A DNA stretch of 64,000 bases from Dehalococcoidia bacterium (GCA_030610855.1 JAUWQY010000004.1:9382-73381), one strand, 5' to 3'. Shown: positions 36,658-46,002, counted from the stretch's first letter. Numbers and translations: made by a program. The notes: generated by a model not told the origin, from the letters alone.

Positions 36658-38109
36658 TTGAAAGCGGACAAACGAACGGAATTCGAGCGTATGTTCCACC
36701 CGGAAACGGTAGCCGTAATAGGAGCTTCCGATCATGATGGCTTCTCACAGGCCCTGATGAGCACAAAACTAAGAGACAGCCTGTTCCTGGTGAATCCGAA
36801 GTACAAGACGCTCCACGGCAAGAGGTGCTACGCCAGCATCCTGGACATCGAGGACGGAGCCGACTACGTTGTCATCGCAGTGCCGGCATTGAACGTCTCC
36901 GAAGTGTTAGCCGACTGCGTCACCAAAGGCGTCAAGACGGCCCACGTCTTTACTGCCGGTTTCAGTGAGACCGGGCTACACGAGAGGAAACTCCTGGAGG
37001 ACGAGGTGAAGGAGATAGCGAGAGGTAGAATCAACCTGATTGGCCCTAACTGCATGGGAATACACTGCCCCAGGTCCGGCCTCGCATTCATCCCCGATGC
37101 CTCAACCGGGGAAGGGTCGGTGGGGGTGATCTCGCAGAGCGGCACCTTTGCCGAGCAGTTCCTCTCCATCGGAAAGCTGAGGAACATAAGGTTCAGCAAA
37201 GTTGTCAGCTACGGGAATGCCATAGACCTCGACTGTCCCGACTTCCTGGAATACCTGGCGCACGACCGCGAAACCGAGGTTATAGCCCTATATATGGAGG
37301 GGACAAAGAACGGTGACCGTCTCAAAGCGACGATCACCGAAGCCGCCGGACTGAAGCCGGTAGTGGCACTCAAAGGAGGGGTGACCTCGGATGGCCGGCG
37401 GGCGGCATCTTCCCACACAGGCTCACTGGCCGGTTCGCCTGAAATCTGGAGTTCACTCTTCCGGCAGGCCGGGGTAATCCAGGTAGAGAACTTCGACGAA
37501 CTGCTGGATGCCACTCTGGCATTATCCTGTGCTCGCCTCCCTGCAGGGAAGGGCACCGCCATCATTACCAACTCCGGCGGTTTCAGTGTGCTCGAAACTG
37601 ATCTATGTGCAAAGGCGGGATTGGAAGTCCCTCAATTCACCGAGAAAACGACATCTGAATTACGCAAGATGGTGCCTGTGGCGGGAACAAGCATAAACAA
37701 TCCCCTGGATGCCTGGCCAATATACTATAACCTGCCCGGCAAGCCGGGAACGCTCGCTGACGCTATCAGAATCCTATCTCACGACAGGAATATCCACTCG
37801 ATAGTGCTGCACTTCGACGAAGTCAGTTATCTGCGGCGCGTGCTGGGAGACGCAGTTGAAGACCTACTCAGGGACCTGATTAAGGTAATGGTCGAGGGAT
37901 GTAGATATGCCCGCGATGCCATGGGCAAGACCGTAATGGTTTGCGTCGCACTCGATGCCTACTCAGAAGACGAAGAGGATAGAAGGTATCACCTGCTGGC
38001 CAAGAAGGCTTTCGAAGACGAGCGCTTTCCCGTATATCCCGCTCTTGGCGCCTCGATCAAGGCTCTGTTCAACCTTTACAGGTACAGTTCTCAGCGTCTT
38101 CACTCCTAA
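36658..38109 (+). CDS. ADP-forming acetyl-CoA synthetase alpha-type protein (CoA-binding + succinyl-CoA-synthetase-like)
   Basis: PETVAVIGAS, IGPNCMG and a phosphohistidine loop (SSHTGSLAG) are present. The start is TTG, preceded by AGGAGG. Confidence 0.8.
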   Translation: MKADKRTEFERMFHPETVAVIGASDHDGFSQALMSTKLRDSLFLVNPKYKTLHGKRCYASILDIEDGADYVVIAVPALNVSEVLADCVTKGVKTAHVFTAGFSETGLHERKLLEDEVKEIARGRINLIGPNCMGIHCPRSGLAFIPDASTGEGSVGVISQSGTFAEQFLSIGKLRNIRFSKVVSYGNAIDLDCPDFLEYLAHDRETEVIALYMEGTKNGDRLKATITEAAGLKPVVALKGGVTSDGRRAASSHTGSLAGSPEIWSSLFRQAGVIQVENFDELLDATLALSCARLPAGKGTAIITNSGGFSVLETDLCAKAGLEVPQFTEKTTSELRKMVPVAGTSINNPLDAWPIYYNLPGKPGTLADAIRILSHDRNIHSIVLHFDEVSYLRRVLGDAVEDLLRDLIKVMVEGCRYARDAMGKTVMVCVALDAYSEDEEDRRYHLLAKKAFEDERFPVYPALGASIKALFNLYRYSSQRLHS

Positions 38110-38211
38110 TTCACCGCCAGCGCCACACATCAGTTGTCGACTCGGTTGCGCAATCTGCGGGACACCAGCTCCCCAGTCGGTCAGGTTTTCCCCGTGATTC
38201 ACATGATTGGT

Positions 38212-38241
38212 TTGACACCGAGCAACCTGGGGTGCTAGAAT
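38212..38241 (+). promoter_or_regulatory. sigma70-type promoter of rplU-rpmA-rpmE (TTGACA-N18-TGcTAGAAT)
   Basis: TTGACA lies at 38212-38217. The extended -10 element TGCTAGAAT lies at 38233-38241. Confidence 0.6.
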
Positions 38242-38267
38242 TCCTTCCTCTCTATGGGGGTGATAAG

Positions 38268-38582
38268 ATCTACGCTATTATTGAAATAGGCGGCAAGCAA
38301 TACAAGGTAGCGCCAAAGCAAACAATAGAAGTTGAGCGCCTCGGTGTCCCTGAAGGCGATGTAGTTGAGGTGGACAGAGTATTGTTCATCGGCGGAGATG
38401 GCAACACGGTCGTAGGAAATCCTACTATCAAAGGAGCTCGGGTGATGGCCACTTCTTTGGGAGAAGCTAAGGGAGAAAAGATTATCGTGTTCAAATATAA
38501 ACCGAAGGTTCGCTACCGAAACAAAAGGGGACATCGCCAGATACACACGAAAATACTGATCAATCAAATCATCGAGGGTTAA
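38268..38582 (+). CDS. rplU: 50S ribosomal protein L21 (probable non-canonical ATC start)
   Basis: (M)[13 protein letters not shown]... gives 104 aa, which equals the canonical L21 length. An SD (GGGGGTGA) lies 5-6 nt upstream of ATC 38268. The ORF-track GTG at 38232 lies inside the predicted -10 element. Confidence 0.85.
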   Translation: MYAIIEIGGKQYKVAPKQTIEVERLGVPEGDVVEVDRVLFIGGDGNTVVGNPTIKGARVMATSLGEAKGEKIIVFKYKPKVRYRNKRGHRQIHTKILINQIIEG

Positions 38583-38593
38583 GGAGAACAAGC

Positions 38594-38845
38594 ATGGCGC
38601 ATAAGAAAGGCGGCGGCAGCACAAGGTGCGGGCGGGACAGTCAATCCAAGCGCTTGGGAGTGAAAAGGTACGGGGGAGAGCAAGTGCGCGCGGGCACTAT
38701 CCTGGTTCGCCAGCGCGGGACTCGCATACTGCCGGGGAACAATGTCGGCCTGGGCAGAGATTTCACCCTCTTTGCCTTAATGGACGGCCATGTTAAATAT
38801 GAGCCGGCAACCAGATACAAGAAGAAGGTGAGCATTCACGAATGA
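38594..38845 (+). CDS. rpmA: 50S ribosomal protein L27
   Basis: The sequence is [29 protein letters not shown]... Confidence 0.95.
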   Translation: MAHKKGGGSTRCGRDSQSKRLGVKRYGGEQVRAGTILVRQRGTRILPGNNVGLGRDFTLFALMDGHVKYEPATRYKKKVSIHE

Positions 38846-39045
38846 AGGCTAAGATTCATCCCAAGTATAATGAAAGCGCTAAGGTGACCTGCCTGTGCGG
38901 TAACACCTTCGTCACCGGTTCCGTTAGGCCGGAGACCAAGGTAGAAGTATGCAGTAAGTGCCACCCCTTTTACACAGGCGAGCAAAGGATAGTCGACTCC
39001 AGGGGAAGGGTGGAGCGATTTAAGCAACGATATAAGATGAAGTGA
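38842..39045 (+). CDS. rpmE: 50S ribosomal protein L31 (Zn-ribbon type)
   Basis: MKAKIHPKY...CLCG...[10 protein letters not shown] is present. Confidence 0.93.
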   Translation: MKAKIHPKYNESAKVTCLCGNTFVTGSVRPETKVEVCSKCHPFYTGEQRIVDSRGRVERFKQRYKMK

Positions 39046-39205
39046 CAGGGGGTGCCTGACCGCAGGCAGCATTTGCTTCTGAGCTTACCCCAGGAAGCCG
39101 GAGATCTACTCACCACCGCTACTTCGCGAGACAAACTTAACGTTTTCCGCCGTTTCTGTCATAATGCGACCGAGGATTCTCTGCAACGAGACGAGATCAT
39201 AGCCT

Positions 39206-40174
39206 ATGGGCAGCAAGGAGATTGAGGAACCGATGGCAAAACCCTTCCATTACGGTGGCCAGGCGGTCATTGAAGGCGTGATGATACGGGGCAAGCGGGG
39301 CGTAGCCATATCTGTACGTCAGCCCGATGGAAAACTGAATGTACTGAAGCAGCCCCTGGCCAGCATATATAAAGGACGCCTGAAAGAGATGCCCTTCACA
39401 AGAGGACTCATCGTACTGGGTGAAACCATGGTTCTGGGCACCCAGGCATTGCTCCATTCCGCTCAGATCGCCGCAATGGAGGAAGGAGAGGAAAAGATAC
39501 CAGCACCGCTCTTGTGGGGAACCGTGGCCATAAGCGTTGCCTTTGCTGTAGCCCTCTTCTTTATGGTCCCGCTCTTCGTCACTCGCTACCTCATCGATCC
39601 CTACGTCAGTTCCGGCTTGCTGAGCGTTGTCCTTGAGGGACTTATCCGCATTGCCCTCTTCATCGTTTACCTCAGGCTGGTAGCATTCATACCTGATATT
39701 AAGCGAGTCTTTGCCTACCACGGAGCCGAGCACAAGGTAGTGAATGCCTACGAGGCAGGTAGCCCTCTGGAAGTGGAAACAGTCAGGAGCTACTCCACTG
39801 CCCATGCCCGCTGCGGCACCTCCTTCATGGTCATCGTCCTCATCATAGCTATCCTGGTCTTCGCCTTAATTGACGTCCTGCTCGGTCGGCCGACCCTCTG
39901 GATACGTCTCTTGTCCCGCATAGTCCTCATCCCGGTTATTGCTGCCATCGGCTACGAAATCGTGAAATTCGGGGCAGGCCACGCCAAGAACGCGATAGTC
40001 CATATCCTCCTCGCTCCAGGGCTGATGTTCCAGACTATGACGACAAGGGAACCTGATGATAGCCAGCTGGAGGCCGCTATATCGGCACTGAATGAAGTCA
40101 TCGATATCGACAGAGCCGCCGATTCTGGCGACAAAGCAGAACAAAACGATGAAGAGGCTGCGGCCTCTATATGA
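39206..40174 (+). CDS. DUF1385 membrane protein
   Basis: FHYGGQAVIEGVMIRG, AYHGAEHKVVNAYE and RCGTSF are present. ATG 39233 is an alternative start with a better SD. Confidence 0.8.
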   Translation: MGSKEIEEPMAKPFHYGGQAVIEGVMIRGKRGVAISVRQPDGKLNVLKQPLASIYKGRLKEMPFTRGLIVLGETMVLGTQALLHSAQIAAMEEGEEKIPAPLLWGTVAISVAFAVALFFMVPLFVTRYLIDPYVSSGLLSVVLEGLIRIALFIVYLRLVAFIPDIKRVFAYHGAEHKVVNAYEAGSPLEVETVRSYSTAHARCGTSFMVIVLIIAILVFALIDVLLGRPTLWIRLLSRIVLIPVIAAIGYEIVKFGAGHAKNAIVHILLAPGLMFQTMTTREPDDSQLEAAISALNEVIDIDRAADSGDKAEQNDEEAAASI

Positions 40175-40402
40175 AGGGCAGGCCTCCGGTCCTAAGGAAC
40201 TGCTTAATGCGCCACGCCCTATCCTGTCTCTCCGATCGCGGTTTCCGCTCAATGCGTGTGGAAACAGCTTTAACAAGGCACAGACCCGGCCGGCCCTTCT
40301 CTGCAACGGACATGTGCGATCTGAAAGTCGCTGCCGAAGAGGCGCTATAGTATAATCTGAGATTCTGTCACAACCAGATTGTTACGGGAAAGGAGCGAAT
40401 TC

Positions 40403-41077
40403 ATGGAGATCATCGAAGCCGTGAAAAGGCGCAGGAGTATCAGGGGTTTCAAACCGGACCCTGTGGCCAAAGAGGTCCTGGAGGAACTACTGGAGATGGC
40501 GAGCCGTGCCCCCTCGGCCATGAACACTCAGCCGTGGGAGTTCACAGTGCTCACAGGGAGTGTTCTGGACAAGGTGAGACGGGCCAATGTTGAGCTGCTG
40601 AACTCCGGAGCGTCACCCAATCCCGAGCACGTGGTCGTGGGCTGGCCCAGGGAAAGCATATATCGCGAGCGCCAGGTTAACCTCGCCAAGCAGCTCTTCC
40701 AGGCTATGGGCATAGCGAGGGAGGACAAGGAGAAGAGGGCACAATGGATCGAGCGGGGATTTCGTTACTTCGATGCGCCGGCCGCTATCATCATCTCCAC
40801 CGACCGCTCTCTGAGCGAAAGCGGGCCACTGCTCGATATCGGCGCTGTCATGCAGACTATCTGTCTTGCCGCGCTGCATTTCGGCCTTGGTACCTGCATC
40901 GAGGACCAGGGGGCAATGTATCCCGACGTATTGAGAAGATATGCCGGCATACCCGACTCCAAGCGGATAACCATGGCCATCGCTATCGGCTATCCTGACT
41001 GGGATTTTCCTGCCAACAAAGTAGAGAGTGAGAGGGAGCCTGTGAAGAACATCACTACCTGGCTCGGTTTTGACTAG
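40403..41077 (+). CDS. nitroreductase family protein
   Basis: MEIIEAVKRRRSIRGF, APSAMNTQPW and the overall FMN-nitroreductase pattern are present. I prefer the ATG at 40403. Confidence 0.85.
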   Translation: MEIIEAVKRRRSIRGFKPDPVAKEVLEELLEMASRAPSAMNTQPWEFTVLTGSVLDKVRRANVELLNSGASPNPEHVVVGWPRESIYRERQVNLAKQLFQAMGIAREDKEKRAQWIERGFRYFDAPAAIIISTDRSLSESGPLLDIGAVMQTICLAALHFGLGTCIEDQGAMYPDVLRRYAGIPDSKRITMAIAIGYPDWDFPANKVESEREPVKNITTWLGFD

Positions 41078-41248
41078 ACAGCTCTGTCAGTCGCTTCATC
41101 CTTCGGCCTTGTCCTGACAGGCAATCTCTTCGCTGAAACCCGAGGAGCTTTCTCGGTTTGTAAGCTTGCTGTCATCGGTTGGTGTCAGCGCTCGGGCTGA
41201 ACCTCAGCAGGCGGAGTTCTCGGACACTGTATCAATCCACACGCCAAT

Positions 41249-42415
41249 ATGAGGGAGACAGCGGGGGTAGTGAGTCAATTCGAAATGGATAAGAATTCAG
41301 TTTGTGCAGAATTACTATGTAATGGTGTATTTGACCTGGGTGTTATTGAAGATGTATTGTTTGAAGAAGATATGGAATGGGCGAAACCACAATATTCCCG
41401 TAAGGAAGTCAACTGGGCTGGGGCATCCCTTCTCAGTGATGTTGAGTTAAAGGAAGCCGAATCTGACCATGCCATAGATATAGTGAATAACTTCCGAGTT
41501 GCACATGCATTCCCACTGAATACACTCCAAAATCGTTTGCGAACTCAGGCGAATAACATAGATGGAAATAGCATTGTAGCGCAGCGTCTCAAGAGATTGT
41601 CTTCTATTTACGCGAAGTTGGACCGATTCCCCCAAATGGAATTATGGGATATGCAGGATATCGGGGGTTGCCGTGCTGTTATCAATACCCTTGATGCTAT
41701 TGAGCAGTTAGTAGAGACTTTCAAATCAAGTAGTATTAGGCATAAGCTCTCGCATGAGGACGATTATGTACAACAACCGAGAGATTCTGGTTATAGAAGC
41801 AGGCACTTGATTTATCGCTACACAAGCGATAGAAACGAAGTATACAATGGATTAAGGATTGAAATACAGATTCGTACCGCTCTCCAGCACGCTTGGGCTA
41901 CAACAGTTGAGACAGTTGATGCTTTTACACAGCAGGCATTGAAGTCAAGTAGGGGCGAACCCGATTGGGGGCGATTCTTCCAGTTAATGGGTACCGAGAT
42001 GGCATTCAGTGAAGGCACTCCAGCGGTAGTTGGCACCTCCACTAATAGGCAAGAATTGCGCCAAGAGTTAAGGAATTGTGCCAGTAAGCTACAAGTAATC
42101 ACTAGTCTTAGAGGGTTCACAACTGCATTGCAGGTTACGCGGCGCGCATCAGCAAAAGCTAAAGACGCCGATTACTTCTTGCTTTCGCTGGACAATGTTG
42201 CGGAACGCCTGAGTGTTACTGGCTATAAGCGCAGAGAATTAGGACAAGCATCCCAAGCCTATGCTAGAAAGGAGAGGAAAATCCGAGACAAAAGGGGGAA
42301 AGATGCTGTTCTTGTGTCTGTTGATTCCATTCGCAATCTGCAGCGTGCATACCCGAATTATTTCGCTGATACGGTCATTTTTGTACAGGCACTACAAGAA
42401 GCATTACAGGGATAA
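41249..42415 (+). CDS. RelA/SpoT-homologue synthetase-only protein (small alarmone synthetase / toxSAS-like) with unassigned C-terminal domain
   Basis: The motifs RLKRLSSIYAKL, MQDIGGCRAV, SGYRSRHLIYRY and IEIQIRTALQHAWATTVE are present. There are no HD, TGS or ACT domains. The gene is AT-rich relative to its flanks. Alternative ATGs lie at 41285 and 41372. Confidence 0.85.
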   Translation: MRETAGVVSQFEMDKNSVCAELLCNGVFDLGVIEDVLFEEDMEWAKPQYSRKEVNWAGASLLSDVELKEAESDHAIDIVNNFRVAHAFPLNTLQNRLRTQANNIDGNSIVAQRLKRLSSIYAKLDRFPQMELWDMQDIGGCRAVINTLDAIEQLVETFKSSSIRHKLSHEDDYVQQPRDSGYRSRHLIYRYTSDRNEVYNGLRIEIQIRTALQHAWATTVETVDAFTQQALKSSRGEPDWGRFFQLMGTEMAFSEGTPAVVGTSTNRQELRQELRNCASKLQVITSLRGFTTALQVTRRASAKAKDADYFLLSLDNVAERLSVTGYKRRELGQASQAYARKERKIRDKRGKDAVLVSVDSIRNLQRAYPNYFADTVIFVQALQEALQG

Positions 42416-42423
42416 ATCGTTAT

Positions 42424-42445
42424 TGGCAAATGGTTCAATTTGCCA
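42424..42445 (+). terminator. hairpin just after the RelA/SpoT-like gene
   Basis: TGGCAAAT-ggttca-ATTTGCCA forms an 8-bp stem with a weak T-tail. Confidence 0.35.
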
Positions 42446-42617
42446 GTCTTACAATCTCTTCGATCGTCCAAATGTGATTAGCTAGACCCGCTGCCCAGCC
42501 GGGGCAACGCTTGCCAGTGCGCACCGCCGGTGCAGTATAGCCAGAACTCTGGAAAAACTGCTCTGTTACTAGTACACTTAGCTGCTGTAGGGCGTTCAAT
42601 TCTTTCTACTGGCTGAC

Positions 42618-43181
42618 ATGGATTTAGAGGCAGAAAAGGACTTAGTCAGGCAAGCGCAGAAAGACCCCGATGCCTTTGCCGGGCTTTACGATCACTATTA
42701 TCCGAAGATATTCGGCTATGTTCTGAGACGAACCGCCAATCTTGAAGCTGCCCAGGACATCACTTCAGAGACGTTTTTCAAGGCATTGAGAAAGCTCTGG
42801 CAATTCCGCTGGCGTAACATCTCCTTCTCCGCATGGCTCTACAGAATCGCCAGCAACGAGACTAGCCAGTATTTCAGACAACCCGAACACAGGAAATCGG
42901 CATCGCTCGAGGAAATGCAGGAACAGGGTTTTGAACCCGTATCGCCCGACGACCCGGCAGGCGAACTGGCAGAAGCACAGGAAAAACTGCAACGACACCG
43001 TGATTATTGCCAGATTCAGGCAAAGGTCGCCCGGCTCCCTGCCAAATACCAGGAGGTCATCGCGCTAAGGTTTTTCGAGCAGAAACAGATGAAAGAAATC
43101 GCGGAAATCCTGGGCAAGAAAGAGGGAACGGTGAAATCCTTGCTCCACCGGGCTGTGGAGAAACTAAGAGAAGCGGAATAA
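42618..43181 (+). CDS. ECF-type RNA polymerase sigma-70 family factor
   Basis: Region 2 (YDHYYPKIFGYVLRR...DITSETF) and a region 4 HTH (QKQMKEIAEILGKKEGTVKSLLHRA) are present. Confidence 0.88.
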   Translation: MDLEAEKDLVRQAQKDPDAFAGLYDHYYPKIFGYVLRRTANLEAAQDITSETFFKALRKLWQFRWRNISFSAWLYRIASNETSQYFRQPEHRKSASLEEMQEQGFEPVSPDDPAGELAEAQEKLQRHRDYCQIQAKVARLPAKYQEVIALRFFEQKQMKEIAEILGKKEGTVKSLLHRAVEKLREAE

Positions 43182-43223
43182 TGCAACCTTTCTTGCCCTT
43201 CTGCATTACAGTAATAGAGGGAG

Positions 43224-43874
43224 ATGAAGTCGATGAAACAAGAAGACCTGATCAAGAGACTGGAAAACCTGGAAACTCCTGAAATCGAGCTTCCCTGTCA
43301 CAAACAGGGATTAAGAATGGCTTTGCTTAACTCCGGGCGCTTCAAGAACAGGACGGTCCTGGATTGGGCAAAGATGCTGGCCCCTGCCAGTGCTGCCCTC
43401 GTTTTGATAGGGGTGGTCGGATTCTTCAATGTAATTCAGCCCCAATTACAGATAGCCCAGGCCAAGGAAATCGCCAGGAACGACCCCCAGGTTCAAGCGT
43501 TGCTGCAAGAATACGGGCTGGAGATTGCACAAGTTAAGCTGGAGAATGGCGAGGCATTTCTTTTGCTTGCTCCTCCACCTGCTTCTACATTATTGACTGA
43601 CAACTCCACTCGTGCGGGACTGGGCTTTTTCAAATGGGCATCGCCTCCTCCTCAAGAGGGATTGAATGTTTCTGAAGACGAAGTGCCTGCTCCTTCTGGA
43701 GAGGGATTGTCTCCTGGGTATCTGCTCAAGGTCGACCTCCTGGAGAAAAAGGTGATTGGGTTCCGGGAAATGGAGGAGATCACCGCGCTTCGGGAGATAG
43801 ACCTTGAAGGCATGGACTTCGCGGAGTTGGAACCACCGGAGGCTAAGGCTCCTGAGGAGGCCGATCCCGAGTAG
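43224..43874 (+). CDS. single-pass membrane protein, possible anti-sigma factor
   Basis: A ~50-aa cytoplasmic N-terminus is followed by one TM helix (LAPASAALVLIGVVGFFNVI) and an extracytoplasmic domain. The gene lies 42 nt after the sigma gene. There is no zinc-binding HxxxCxxC, so the role is inferred from position only. Confidence 0.5.
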   Translation: MKSMKQEDLIKRLENLETPEIELPCHKQGLRMALLNSGRFKNRTVLDWAKMLAPASAALVLIGVVGFFNVIQPQLQIAQAKEIARNDPQVQALLQEYGLEIAQVKLENGEAFLLLAPPPASTLLTDNSTRAGLGFFKWASPPPQEGLNVSEDEVPAPSGEGLSPGYLLKVDLLEKKVIGFREMEEITALREIDLEGMDFAELEPPEAKAPEEADPE

Positions 43875-43943
43875 GGGCAGTGTAGCCGCCCGTTCCGATG
43901 TCAACAGATCGATGAGAAAATCACAGAAGTTTGAAGGAGGTAA

Positions 43944-45902
43944 ATGAAAATGAGGAACAAGATTGTCAAAACAGCTGCTTGCCTGGTTGTAATCGCGATC
44001 ATGCTGATAACCCTGCAGCACGCGCTGCCCAACCAGGGACGTGTGGGAGCGAATCAAATCAGTAGATTCACCTCGTATGAGGAACTGAAGGGATTCGTGA
44101 GGGAGAGCACAAAAGATGGAGCACTCCCCAGGATGGCCTTCGACTCTTCGCTGCTGGGAGGGGCGGCCGAAAACGCGGCGCCTGCGCCCCCTGGCTCCGG
44201 TTACTCTGCCACCAATATTCAGGTTGCCGGGGTTGACGAGGCAGATATCGTCAAGACCGACGGGGAGTATATCTACCTCGTTTCCGAGAACAGGACTATC
44301 ATCGTGAAGGCATATCCGCCTGAAGAGGCTCGAATCCTGTCTCAAATCGAGGTAGAGCGAACAGTTGTGGGAATCTTCATCAACGGAGATAGGCTCGTCG
44401 TGTTCGAGGGAGGAATGCCCTATTATTCTCTGCCCGGCGTAAGGGAGGCTGACATGATGGCTTACATGCCTTACATGTCACCGAGGACATCTATCAGAAT
44501 ATACGATGTCTCAGACAGGGAAAACCCCTTGTTGCAGAGGGAGTTCTCCGCCGATGGTGATTATGTCAGTTCCAGGATGATCGACGATTATGTTTATGTG
44601 GTGATAAATGAGCCCGTGTATGAGCAAGACGGTCAAGTGATCCTCCCCAAGATTCATGTCGACGATGAGGAGACGGAGATACCCGCCACAGATATCTACT
44701 ACTGTGATGTCCACGACTACTACTATATGTACACAACTATTATGGCCATAAACACGCAGAACGATGACCAGGAGCCAACACGTGAAACAATCCTGCTTGG
44801 AGCCAGTAGCAACCTGTATGTCTCGCTGAATAACATCTACCTGACCTTCCCGGTGTGGGGAAGAGATGTGGGAGATCTCGCCAAGACCTCCATCCACCGG
44901 ATTCATATAGAAGGTGACGAAATAGAGTATGTCGCCAGCGGCGAGGTCCGTGGTATGGTCCTGAATCAGTTCTCCATGGACGAGTATGATGACCACTTCA
45001 GGGTGGCAACTACAACCCGCGGGCTAACATCCCGGAATAACGTATACATTCTGAGTATGGCTCTGAACATTACCGGATCGCTGGAGGGCCTCGCTCCGGG
45101 GGAAACCATTTATTCAGCCAGGTTTATGGGCGAAAGAGGCTATCTGGTGACCTTCAAGCAGGTTGACCCGCTATTCGTGATAGACCTCGGTGACCCCCGT
45201 CACCCCAAGGAGCTCGGGTACTTAAAGGTAACTGGCTACTCAGACTACCTCCATCCCTACGACGAGGACCACCTCATAGGTATAGGTAAGGAAACAACGG
45301 ACGCGGGGGAATTTGCCTGGTATCAAGGAGTCAAGATATCGCTCTTTGATGTCAGCGATGTCAACAAGCCAGAGGAGATAGACAAGGAAATAATAGGGCA
45401 CAGGGGCACTGATTCACCTGTCTTGTGGGACCACAAGGCGTTTCTCTTTGATAAGTCGAGGAATCTGATGGTGATACCTGTTTCGGTTGCCCAGATAGAC
45501 GAGGCGGAATATCCTGAGGCGGAATATCCTGAGGGAGTTCCCTCCTGGGCCTGGGGCGGAACCGTCTGGCAGGGCGCCTACGTATTCAACGTCACCCCGG
45601 AGGCAGGTCTCAGGCTTAAAGGGCGGATCACCCATCTTGAGGGTCTCACCGACCCCGAAGAAGATTACTACTACGACTGGTATCCCTTCTCGGTGAAGCG
45701 ATCGCTCTACATCGGCGATGTTCTCTACACCATCTCGGATGCCAGGATAAAGATGAACAGCCTTGAGAACCTGGCTTACATCAACGAGGTGGAGCTTCCC
45801 TTCACCACCTGGCCGCCTTATGACTACCTCCCCGATGAACCCTGGGACGACGAACCGCCTGTGGACGACAAATCTGAGGGTGAAGAGCCCCTGCGTCCCT
45901 GA
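43944..45902 (+). CDS. secreted/anchored beta-propeller domain protein (Beta_propel-like)
   Basis: The protein has an N-terminal anchor. NIQVAGVDEADIVKTDGEYIYLV and repeated blade-like segments are present. The tail is acidic and Pro-rich. The family call is from memory. Confidence 0.65.
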   Translation: MKMRNKIVKTAACLVVIAIMLITLQHALPNQGRVGANQISRFTSYEELKGFVRESTKDGALPRMAFDSSLLGGAAENAAPAPPGSGYSATNIQVAGVDEADIVKTDGEYIYLVSENRTIIVKAYPPEEARILSQIEVERTVVGIFINGDRLVVFEGGMPYYSLPGVREADMMAYMPYMSPRTSIRIYDVSDRENPLLQREFSADGDYVSSRMIDDYVYVVINEPVYEQDGQVILPKIHVDDEETEIPATDIYYCDVHDYYYMYTTIMAINTQNDDQEPTRETILLGASSNLYVSLNNIYLTFPVWGRDVGDLAKTSIHRIHIEGDEIEYVASGEVRGMVLNQFSMDEYDDHFRVATTTRGLTSRNNVYILSMALNITGSLEGLAPGETIYSARFMGERGYLVTFKQVDPLFVIDLGDPRHPKELGYLKVTGYSDYLHPYDEDHLIGIGKETTDAGEFAWYQGVKISLFDVSDVNKPEEIDKEIIGHRGTDSPVLWDHKAFLFDKSRNLMVIPVSVAQIDEAEYPEAEYPEGVPSWAWGGTVWQGAYVFNVTPEAGLRLKGRITHLEGLTDPEEDYYYDWYPFSVKRSLYIGDVLYTISDARIKMNSLENLAYINEVELPFTTWPPYDYLPDEPWDDEPPVDDKSEGEEPLRP

Positions 45903-45954
45903 ATCTGAACGGAGGAGAAAAATTGGACGGCTAGATACGAGGGTGTTTGGCAAC

Positions 45955-45982
45955 GCAGCGCGAGGCTAATACCTCGCGCTGC
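45955..45982 (+). other. perfect 11-bp GC-rich hairpin between the beta-propeller and serpin genes
   Basis: The hairpin is GCAGCGCGAGG-ctaata-CCTCGCGCTGC. No U-tract follows. Confidence 0.6.
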
Positions 45983-46002
45983 AAGACTCGGAGGTGATCT
46001 AG

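Noticed and set aside
38232-38267. GTG 38232 as the rplU start (ORF-track call, 116 aa)
   Set aside because: The codon overlaps the predicted extended -10 element. It would also add 12 non-conserved residues to a protein whose canonical length is ~103-104 aa.
43590-44345. 251-aa minus-strand ORF overlapping the anti-sigma-like and beta-propeller genes
   Set aside because: It lies antisense to two well-supported plus-strand genes. It is Arg/Leu/Ser-rich with no motif and no SD. This is a typical shadow ORF of GC-rich coding DNA.
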